Below, one piece after another: positions 1-7,201 of a stretch of DNA of 64,000 nucleotides. Source of the stretch: Gemmatimonadota bacterium. GTDB lineage: Bacteria > Gemmatimonadota > Gemmatimonadetes > Palauibacterales > Palauibacteraceae. Both the position numbers and the translations under genes were made by a program. Location of the stretch: the NCBI GenBank assembly GCA_963666735.1, contig OY762926.1, forward strand, positions 352,001-416,000. Direction: 5' to 3'. Below the pieces are notes generated by a model, which ran no database searches, had not been told where the DNA came from, and saw only the letters and a list, made by a program, of their open reading frames with translations. Positions within the stretch are counted from its first letter, which is position 1; the number at the start of each line of letters is the position of its first letter.

Positions 1-435
1 CACAACTGGGTCCGGGGCTACACTTACGCGCAGGACCACCAGCCGCTCCTCCCGAAGGGGACGGTCCTTCACATCATCGGTTACATGGACACCTCCGAGG
101 CGAACCGGAACGTCCCGGACACCCGCAACTGGCAGGGTTCGGGGAACCGTTCCGTCGCGAACATGTTCATCGATCTCGGCATGCGCGTGGAGATGACGGA
201 TGAACAGTTCGTGGAGGAGATGGCGATGCGCCGGCACCGGCTCGCGCTCGGCCCCAACGACCATGTCGTCGGATGCCCCCTATGCATGGTCATCCCCGCG
301 AACGGCGACATGAGCTACTTCGCGGGCGCCGAGTGGACGCAGCCTGACACCGCTGCCGAGGCCGAGTCCTCCGGCGCCGGCGAATCGGGGTCCGGTGACG
401 GCCGCGACCCCGGCGGCGACCGCCGGGAACGGTAA
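1..435 (+). CDS. C-terminal part of a copper type II (PHM/DBH-like) monooxygenase-domain protein, 5' truncated by window edge
   Basis: Frame is open from base 1 (HNWVRGYTYAQDHQPLLPKGTVLHIIGYMDTSEANRNVPD..NWQGSG..NM), resembling the NW..Y..P.LPKGT...D.S..N..NPD pattern of bacterial Cu-monooxygenase-like C-terminal domains; a CPLC motif lies near the end. Confidence 0.55.
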   Translation, partial: HNWVRGYTYAQDHQPLLPKGTVLHIIGYMDTSEANRNVPDTRNWQGSGNRSVANMFIDLGMRVEMTDEQFVEEMAMRRHRLALGPNDHVVGCPLCMVIPANGDMSYFAGAEWTQPDTAAEAESSGAGESGSGDGRDPGGDRRER

Positions 436-437
436 TC

Positions 438-1448
438 GTGGCCGAACCGGGCTCCATGCCCCGGGCCGCGCGGCCCGGGGCGCCGGCCGCGCCGCTTCTG
501 GCGCTGGTCCTCGCCGTGTCCGCGCTTCCCGCGGACTCCGCCGCCCAGACCTACGCGCGGGGTCAGAACGTGGCCCCGGCGTTCGAGGGATGGGAACAGA
601 ACGGGGACGGGTCGTTCAACTTCCTGTTCGGGTACATGAACCGGAACTGGATCGAGGAGCTGGACGTCCCCGTGGGCGAGCACAACATGTTCTCGCCGGG
701 TCCCTCCGACCGGGGGCAGCCGACCCGCTTCCTCCCGCGCCGCAACCGCTTCGTGTTCAAGGTTCGCGTGCCCGCCGACTGGGGCGACCGGGAACTCGTG
801 TGGACGCTGACGAGCCACGGGGTCACCGAGCACGCCTACGCATCGCTGCGTCCCGACTACATCGTGGACAACACGGTGATCATGTCGGAGACCGGCGCGC
901 TCGGCGCGGGTTCGAGCAACGCCGAGATGCGGGCCAACGAGCCGCCGAAGATCACGCTCGAGGGTGAGCGCAGGCGGGAAACGATCGTCGGCCAGCCGGT
1001 GACGGTGAGCGTCATCGTGGAGGACGACAGCCTGCTGCGAGCGTTCCGCCAGGGGCCGCCCGATCCGCCGGAGACGGCGGAGGACTCCGCTCGGGTCGAC
1101 TCGATCGCGAACGCCTTCCCCAGCTTCAGCGGCCGCCAACTCCGGCCCCCGTCGCGAGTGACGGTGCAGAAGGTGAACGGCCTGTTCATGTCGTGGTTCG
1201 TCTATCGCGGCGAGGGGGAAGTGAGGTTCGATCCGCCGCAGGTGAAGGTGTGGGAGGACACGCGCACGGGCGCGAACTCGCCGTGGGCGCCGCTCTGGCG
1301 CCCCCCGGACCTGCCGGAAGATGGCCGCTGGACCGTGACGGTGATCTTCTCCCGGCCCGGCACCTACATCCTCCGCGGCCGCGCCGACGACGGCGGACTG
1401 TTCTCCGACGAGGAAATCACCGTGGTGGTCCGCCCCGCCGCCAGCTGA
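438..1448 (+). CDS. Exported hypothetical protein with C-terminal PKD/Ig-like segment
   Basis: Signal peptide ending SAA-Q; GQNVAPAFEGW..NGDGSF...GYMNRN start; C-terminal FSRPGTYILRGRADDG; starts 2 nt after the previous stop. Confidence 0.75.
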   Translation: MAEPGSMPRAARPGAPAAPLLALVLAVSALPADSAAQTYARGQNVAPAFEGWEQNGDGSFNFLFGYMNRNWIEELDVPVGEHNMFSPGPSDRGQPTRFLPRRNRFVFKVRVPADWGDRELVWTLTSHGVTEHAYASLRPDYIVDNTVIMSETGALGAGSSNAEMRANEPPKITLEGERRRETIVGQPVTVSVIVEDDSLLRAFRQGPPDPPETAEDSARVDSIANAFPSFSGRQLRPPSRVTVQKVNGLFMSWFVYRGEGEVRFDPPQVKVWEDTRTGANSPWAPLWRPPDLPEDGRWTVTVIFSRPGTYILRGRADDGGLFSDEEITVVVRPAAS

Positions 1449-1666
1449 ATCTGCCGGACGGAAGCAAGCTGGGCGGAGCCGGGGCCGGGTCTTCCCGCCG
1501 CGGCTCTCCACCGCTTCCGCGAGGACCTTGATGCGCACGGAAGAATCCGTTCCCGATGGGAGGGAACCCATTCCCCGACGGGGGGTATCGGTGTGATCGA
1601 TGGATTCCGGTCTTGCGACGAATTGATCCGGGTCGGAAACCACCATAACCAAAGGAGTGTGCCTCG

Positions 1667-1891
1667 ATGATCAGCCTGCGAAGGACTCTTCAAGCCCTCC
1701 TCCTCGCCGCCTGCATGGCGGCCACCGGTATCGCGAGCAATGCGTCTGCGGCGATTAGCGGCGATTGCGACGACGACTGCCCTTGGGATAGCAGCGGCTA
1801 TCTGTCCAGTTGTAACGAGGACGATGTCGGCGGGATCTGGTGCGACTATTCGGACGGTCACTACTACTATAGTCTCGGAGGTAGTTGCTGA
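1667..1891 (+). CDS. Small secreted Cys/Asp/Tyr-rich peptide (74 aa)
   Basis: Strong SD (AAAGGAG 1651-1657); signal peptide with ASA-A site or LAAC lipobox; 5 Cys in the mature part; followed by hairpin 1888-1915. Confidence 0.7.
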   Translation: MISLRRTLQALLLAACMAATGIASNASAAISGDCDDDCPWDSSGYLSSCNEDDVGGIWCDYSDGHYYYSLGGSC

Positions 1892-1920
1892 ACCGAGGCG
1901 AACCGGTCGGTTCGGTGACG

Positions 1921-3000
1921 ATGCGCCCCTTGGGTCTCGTGCATCGTCCACGGCAGCATGTGCGGCGCGGCTTGGCGTTCGCCCAGTCTGATCGATCCCT
2001 CTCCGTTGCGGGCATCTGCGTGCTCCTGTCCTCGTGCTCTAGTGCGGAGCCGGAGCCGCTGGGGCGTGCGGTGACGCTTGAGCGCGTTCGAACGGTCGTG
2101 CGCCAGGACGCGACTGCGGAGACTGCCTGGCTCAGTCGACCCTCGGGATTGCACTATGACGCCGGCGGTGATCGGCTCTTCGCTTTGGACCGCGATGACC
2201 AGCGCGTGCTTGAATTCACTACCTCCGGGGAGTTCGTTGGCGCTTTCGGTCGGCACGGCGAGGGTCCGGGCGAATTACGCAATATCAGGGCGGTTGGGAT
2301 CGCGGCCGGCAATGTCGTTGTGCTGGACCAGGGGAACAGTAAACTTCTCGTCTTCGACCGCAAGACGCGCGAACCGATGACCGAAGTTCGGCTTACGGGA
2401 CGTGTTCCGATCAACATGGCGACGATCGGCGACACGCTCGTCGCCGTGATTCCCGGCCCCGGCGGAAACCTGTTCGAGCTGTTTTCTTCGGCCGGCCTCA
2501 GCTTGGGCGCGTTCGGCGATGGCGGCTTTCTTGGCGGGTATCCGGGCTATCTCATCGCGGACATTGGGAGCGGTCTGATTGTCGTCGTCAGGCCTGAGCT
2601 CCCCGAAGGTCGGATCTATCGGTTGGATGGATCACCGGTTGAGATCTTCGTGTTCTCGGAGTTGAGTCATGTGCTGGCGGAATGGCGCGACACCTTCGCC
2701 GAAAACGTCCGGCGCCGAATGGGTGCGCTTGCCTCGGCCGACGCCGGACGCATCTCTGCGGGGAAGCGGTACGTGACAAGCCTTGGTGCGGCAGGAGATG
2801 GTTTGTTCTTCGTCGTGGCCGTGCCGGAGAACCTTGACGTTACTCCCAAGGAGATGTGGATTCTCGACAATAGAGGCCGAGTCAAGCAGCGATACGCGTT
2901 CGACCGGCCGTGGGTCGGTGGCCTGACCGCCTCGTTTCCGCGCATTTTCGCGGCAGGGCAGGAAGACGAATACGGGATCCACGAATACCGGATCCCCTGA
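1921..3000 (+). CDS. 6-bladed beta-propeller (NHL-like) lipoprotein
   Basis: Lipobox LSSC; FGRHGEGPGEL motif typical of this propeller family; start uncertain (1921 ATG or 1960 GTG). Confidence 0.75.
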   Translation: MRPLGLVHRPRQHVRRGLAFAQSDRSLSVAGICVLLSSCSSAEPEPLGRAVTLERVRTVVRQDATAETAWLSRPSGLHYDAGGDRLFALDRDDQRVLEFTTSGEFVGAFGRHGEGPGELRNIRAVGIAAGNVVVLDQGNSKLLVFDRKTREPMTEVRLTGRVPINMATIGDTLVAVIPGPGGNLFELFSSAGLSLGAFGDGGFLGGYPGYLIADIGSGLIVVVRPELPEGRIYRLDGSPVEIFVFSELSHVLAEWRDTFAENVRRRMGALASADAGRISAGKRYVTSLGAAGDGLFFVVAVPENLDVTPKEMWILDNRGRVKQRYAFDRPWVGGLTASFPRIFAAGQEDEYGIHEYRIP

Positions 3001-3047
3001 CTTCTTGTGGCGGAGCTTGCGCGGCGCGTACTGGCCTCGCGCCGCCG

Positions 3048-3290
3048 CTACTTCGAGCGCTGCCCGTACTCCACGGCTTCGAGCGCCTGGAACACGTGGA
3101 CGGCCGCGCAGACGATGAAGCACATGAGGTCGAGCGGCTCGCCGTCCGCAAGCCAGTGGGTTCCCGTGTAGGCGGCCATGGCGGCGTTGGCCAGCGAGAC
3201 GCCCGTCGCGCGGACTCGACTCTGCAGGAGTTGACCGAGACCGGGGATGAGAAGGCTCGCGAACCCCGCGGCGTGCGGCGTCAGCTTCAT
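3048..3290 (-). CDS. Small membrane protein (80 aa)
   Basis: ATG overlaps the stop of the upstream MBL gene (ATGA); SLLIPGLGQ motif and hydrophobic segments. Confidence 0.6.
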   Translation of the reverse strand: MKLTPHAAGFASLLIPGLGQLLQSRVRATGVSLANAAMAAYTGTHWLADGEPLDLMCFIVCAAVHVFQALEAVEYGQRSK

Positions 3291-4231
3291 GTGGCTGCGG
3301 CTCGCTTGCGCCAGTAGCGGGCGAGGCCCCACCACGAGTCGCCCGCGCCGAACGCGTTGACGTAGGTGTCCACCGGCTCCGCCGGCATGCGCCCGCGCAG
3401 GTCTTCCTCCACCCACGCCGCGAACGTCCCGGCCCGCGCCGGGTCGGCCGGCGTATCCGGGTTCGTCGGGTCCTCGTCCCCCAGCGACTCGCGCACCGTG
3501 CGGGCCCAGCGGGCGAGTTCGTCGCGGAGCTCCGCGAAATGGGCGGCCGGGTCCTCGACCGCCCCGAAGTGGGTCGGGATGATGCGGTCGGGATCCCACT
3601 CCATGACCCGCGCCATGCTCGCGTTCCAGGCTTCGACATCGATGTCGGGCACCGGCGTGACCGGGATCACGCCCCCGGGCGGGATGCGGATGCCGCCCAC
3701 ATCGCCCACCCACGCCGTCCCCCCGTCCTCCTCGCAGTAGGCGACGTGGTGCTTCGCATGGCCGGGCGCGTAGGCGACGCGAAGCATGCGGTCGCCGAGC
3801 CGCACCGTGTCCCCTTCGTCCACTGCGGTGACGGACTCCGCGGGAACCGGAAGGAACTCTCCCCACAGCGTCTCCATCCGGTCGCCGTAAATGCGGCCGG
3901 CGGAGGCGAGAAGACGCTCGGGCCGGATCATGTGAATCGCCCCCACGGGGTGGACGTAAACCCGCGCTTCGGGCACCCGGCTCACGATCGTCCCGGCGGC
4001 TGTGGCGTGATCGAGGTGGATGTGCGTGAGCAGGACGGCGCGGACGTCGGCGAGGCCGAATCCGGCTTCCCCGAGCCCGGCCTCCAGCGCCGCGAGACAG
4101 GTCGTGGGCCCGGGGTCGACGAGCGCGACGCCCTCGCCGGTCTCCAGAACTCCGGTGCCGATGGCGAGGTCGAAGCCCTGGAACTTCAGGTCGACGATCG
4201 AGGTCCGTCGATCAAGAGTGTGAAGCGTCAT
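3287..4231 (-). CDS. MBL-fold metallo-hydrolase
   Basis: THIHLDHA, PGHAKHH, GD and PTHFG metal-binding motifs. Confidence 0.9.
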   Translation of the reverse strand: MTLHTLDRRTSIVDLKFQGFDLAIGTGVLETGEGVALVDPGPTTCLAALEAGLGEAGFGLADVRAVLLTHIHLDHATAAGTIVSRVPEARVYVHPVGAIHMIRPERLLASAGRIYGDRMETLWGEFLPVPAESVTAVDEGDTVRLGDRMLRVAYAPGHAKHHVAYCEEDGGTAWVGDVGGIRIPPGGVIPVTPVPDIDVEAWNASMARVMEWDPDRIIPTHFGAVEDPAAHFAELRDELARWARTVRESLGDEDPTNPDTPADPARAGTFAAWVEEDLRGRMPAEPVDTYVNAFGAGDSWWGLARYWRKRAAAT

Positions 4232-5168
4232 CTATTCTCCCTGGGGGCGGGGAGGGGCGCAGTTCGATCCAGAGCCCGCCGGCGCTGCCGAGCACGATGT
4301 TGTCGGAGACGGACTCGGGTCCGCCGCGTACGGTGAGCGACACGACCGGCGCCGAGCCGGGGTCGGCCATCCAGAGGCGTGCGTCGACGACGTACACGGT
4401 CCCGCCCCGGATGCCGACGGCGCGGCCATACAGGTGCTCGGGGTGCCGCGACGGGCCGCAGTCGCGGGCCCCGAAGGCGAGCAGGAACCGCGTGAGGCGC
4501 TCCGGATCCTCCACCATGATCCAGACCGCCTGCAGACCCCGGGCTCCGTTCGCGTGCCCGGGCGCCCCGGGCAGGTTCGGCGGCTCTCGTGCACCCGGAT
4601 CGGAGTCGACGAGGAACACCGGATGCAGCGGATGGTCCGGCGGGAAGGACGCCGTTCGACCCGCGCCGGAACCGGCGGCCGCGAGATCCGGTTCGACGTC
4701 CCGGGCAACGGCGACGAGTTCATCCAGGCCGGTCGCAGCGGCCCCAGCGGCCCCAGCGGCCCCAGCGGCCACGCCGGCCCCATCCGCCCCGGAGAGAGCC
4801 AGGTACGCTCCACCCCCGCCGTCGGCGATCAGGTCGGCATAGCGCCGCACCTCGGTGATACCGGAGGCGTCCGGATCGGCCGAGCCCCCGACGGTCCTGA
4901 GCTCGAGCCGGGTCCCGTCGCCGAACCCGATCTCCGCCGTCTCCATTCCGTTCGCATCGCCTCGCCCGTCCTGGACGTGGAAGCCGAACTCGTCAGTGAG
5001 CCGGCTCGCCAGGGCCTCGAGGCCGCCGACGGCGACGGGTACGTGGTCGAGGCGCAGCGAGGAGCCCGGCGCCACGCACGCCGCCGGCGTGCCCTGGGCG
5101 AGGGCGTCCGCAGCCGTGCCGAGCAGTGCACAGGCGACGATCGCGATCATGCGTCGCTGGTATGTCAT
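4212..5168 (-). CDS. Exported VOC/glyoxalase-like domain protein
   Basis: Signal peptide; LDHVPVAV..L......FGF, IGFGDGTRLEL and HANGARGL motifs of Glyoxalase_3-like proteins. Confidence 0.65.
   Translation of the reverse strand: MTYQRRMIAIVACALLGTAADALAQGTPAACVAPGSSLRLDHVPVAVGGLEALASRLTDEFGFHVQDGRGDANGMETAEIGFGDGTRLELRTVGGSADPDASGITEVRRYADLIADGGGGAYLALSGADGAGVAAGAAGAAGAAATGLDELVAVARDVEPDLAAAGSGAGRTASFPPDHPLHPVFLVDSDPGAREPPNLPGAPGHANGARGLQAVWIMVEDPERLTRFLLAFGARDCGPSRHPEHLYGRAVGIRGGTVYVVDARLWMADPGSAPVVSLTVRGGPESVSDNIVLGSAGGLWIELRPSPPPGRIDDASHS
4736..4770. repeat. 9-bp tandem repeat (CAGCGGCCC, ~4 copies) encoding an Ala/Gly linker
   Basis: Read directly; in frame within the VOC gene. Confidence 0.85.
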
Positions 5169-5214
5169 GCGGACAAGATGTCGCCGGGACGGCGAGGTCG
5201 ATAGTTTGCCCGCC

Positions 5215-5745
5215 ATGAAACGACCTGGACCCGACGAACACGCCGACGACTACTCCACCTACATCGACCGGGTGCCGACGGACCGACCCTTGGCGGATGT
5301 CCTCGGCGAAGCGCCCGACGCGCTGGAGGCGCTTCTCTCCGGCCTCCCCGGAGAACGCGAGACGTTCGCATACGAGCCGGGCAAGTGGACGTGCCGCGAA
5401 GTCCTGGGCCATGTCATCGACACCGAGCGGCTCTTCTCCTACCGCGCGCTCCACATCGCCCGCGCGGATTCAGCGGAGCTGCCGGGAATGGATCAGGATG
5501 AATGGGCGGCGGCCTCCAACGCGGCCGGTCGCCCCATCGCGGAACTGCTGCGGGAATTCCGGGGACTGCGCGCCGCGAACGCGGCCTTCTTCGCCTCGCT
5601 CGACGAAGACGCGCTCTCGCGCCGCGGCGTCGCGAGCGGCAGCGAGTGCACGGTGCGTGCGATCATCCACATTATCGCCGGCCACGAACTTCACCACCGG
5701 GACGTGCTCAGGGAACGATACCTGCCCGCCCCTCCCGCCAACTGA
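5215..5745 (+). CDS. DinB family protein
   Basis: YEPGKWTCREVLGHVIDTER and GHELHH motifs; the real start is ATG 5215, not 4855. Confidence 0.85.
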   Translation: MKRPGPDEHADDYSTYIDRVPTDRPLADVLGEAPDALEALLSGLPGERETFAYEPGKWTCREVLGHVIDTERLFSYRALHIARADSAELPGMDQDEWAAASNAAGRPIAELLREFRGLRAANAAFFASLDEDALSRRGVASGSECTVRAIIHIIAGHELHHRDVLRERYLPAPPAN

Positions 5746-5755
5746 GGAGATCGAG

Positions 5756-6079
5756 ATGACCGAGATCGCGCTCTTCTACCAGCGCCCGGGCTGAACGAGT
5801 TGCAAACGCACCCGTGCGGTGTTCGACGAGACCGGCGCGACGATCGCGGAGGAACGATCCGCCACGAAGGCTCCGCTGACGGATGACGACGTGCGGGCGC
5901 TCCTGGCGACCGCCGAGCGGGTGGTCGTCGCCAGAGGGAGGAGCCGGCGCGATCTGAGTCCCGGGGAAACCGAACTCGACGCGCTGAAGGGGCCCACGGG
6001 GAAGTACCGCGCGCCGATCGTGCTGGCGGGAGCCACGCTTCTGGTCGGCTTCAGCGCCGAGGCGCTCGCCGAACTCTGA
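5756..6079 (+). CDS. ArsC/Spx-like thioredoxin-fold selenoprotein (UxxC; TGA 5792-5794 read as Sec)
   Basis: SD GAGGAG plus ATG 5756; MTEIALFYQRPG-TGA-TSCKRTR continues in frame into GPTGKYRAPIV...LLVGF; TGA occupies the first Cys position of CxxC. Confidence 0.85.
5795..5825 (+). promoter_or_regulatory. Candidate bacterial SECIS hairpin
   Basis: Stem GCACC (5808-5812)/GGTGT (5818-5822), loop CGTGC with G at the second position; loop starts 18 nt after UGA. Confidence 0.55.
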
Positions 6080-6440
6080 AGCCGAAGTCGCCGCGGATCG
6101 TGTGGCCGTCCTGCGCCATGGCTCGCCACATGACCTCGTAGTCGCCGTCCGCGAGCCCCTCGCCCACGTCCAGCACGACGACGCTTGGGTCGTCCTCTTT
6201 CGCGGTCGCCGGTTCCAGGTCGAGGGGTTCGCCTCCCTTCGGCAGGAGCCGGACCGACGTCCCGGCCATCTGCGGGGCCTGCGTGAACCACAGCGTGACC
6301 GTCTCGGGGCTGGCCGCCACCGTCTCATCCTTCTTCGGAGACGACTCCTTGAGAGCGAGGTGAGCGCAGACGTAGATGCCCGCCGTCGCCAGCACGGCGG
6401 TCGCTACGACGACGGCCCGGTTTCGGATCCACCTGGTCAT
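6051..6440 (-). CDS. copC: Copper resistance protein CopC
   Basis: Signal peptide followed by N-terminal His (A-HLALKESSP); YEVMWRAMAQDGH with the DGH Cu(II) motif. Confidence 0.85.
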   Translation of the reverse strand: MTRWIRNRAVVVATAVLATAGIYVCAHLALKESSPKKDETVAASPETVTLWFTQAPQMAGTSVRLLPKGGEPLDLEPATAKEDDPSVVVLDVGEGLADGDYEVMWRAMAQDGHTIRGDFGFRVRRAPRR

Positions 6441-6685
6441 TGAACTGCCCATCGAACTTCGCCCCGGTCCTGGTGCGGTCCTGTGTCGATCCGGGGTCGG
6501 ACGATGGCGCATCCATCGCCCGCCCACCGAATGCACCTTCCAAATGCTATCCGTTTAGCTGTGCGCGGCAACCGCCCCGGGCCGGAAAGGGTTGCCAGCT
6601 TGACTCGCCATGCCACCTGACTCAGCTTGATGCCCTGATCCGGAGTGCCCCGCGACGGCATTCCAAATACTCTGGCGGCATAGCC

Positions 6686-7042
6686 GTGAAGCCGATTTCT
6701 CCTCGAAAGCCTAAGGATCTTCGCCAGCGCGGTGTGCTGGCCATCGTCCTCCTTCAGGCCGTGGCGTTCGCCGTCCTGCCGGCGGCGGATGCGGTGCTTG
6801 AAGCCGGCGCATCGAGCACCGTCGCGCACTTCGAAGGGGAACACAGCGAGCACTGCGACAGCGGGCACAGCCACCTGCTGTGCCAGTTGTCTCGCACGGT
6901 GTCACTGGGGTTCCCCCCCCTGATACCGATCGATCTGCCGCTGGCATTCGAAGCCAGCCCCGACACTCCGGCCGCGTCCGCCTGGCATCGCCGCCCGATT
7001 CCGTCCGGCGGGAGCGGTCCCAGGGCCCCTCCTCGAGCCTGA
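6686..7042 (+). CDS. DUF2946/CruR-like leader protein with C-terminal RAPP ribosome-arrest motif
   Basis: N-terminal hydrophobic segment; His/Cys cluster HFEGEHSEHCDSGHSHLLC; Pro-rich tail ending GPRAPPRA; directly upstream of a TonB-dependent receptor; start codon uncertain. Confidence 0.7.
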   Translation: MKPISPRKPKDLRQRGVLAIVLLQAVAFAVLPAADAVLEAGASSTVAHFEGEHSEHCDSGHSHLLCQLSRTVSLGFPPLIPIDLPLAFEASPDTPAASAWHRRPIPSGGSGPRAPPRA

Positions 7043-7142
7043 CCCGCTGCCGGGCAAGATCCGCCCCGGAAGCCCCCGACCGCCCCATGGGCGGCGGATC
7101 GCAAGTCTCCCGAAACACACGTTACCGACTGAAGCATTTCAG

Positions 7143-7190
7143 CGAGACACGCCGCGCTTCTCCAGCAGGAGCGGTCATCGGCGGGTCTCG
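7143..7190 (+). promoter_or_regulatory. Long stem-loop immediately 5' of the receptor RBS
   Basis: Nested pairings CGAGAC/GTCTCG, CGCCG/CGGCG and CGCTTCT/AGGAGCG; AAAGG follows at 7191. Confidence 0.5.
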
Positions 7191-7201
7191 AAAGGCTGTG
7201 C

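Noticed and set aside
5819..6079. 86-aa ORF as a complete gene, or the locus as a nonsense pseudogene
   Set aside because: It lacks the redox motif and an SD; the upstream SD/ATG, UxxC placement and hairpin favour Sec recoding
6541..6563. Possible Zur box (AAATGCTAT..TTAGC)
   Set aside because: Only one half-site resembles the consensus, and symmetry is poor
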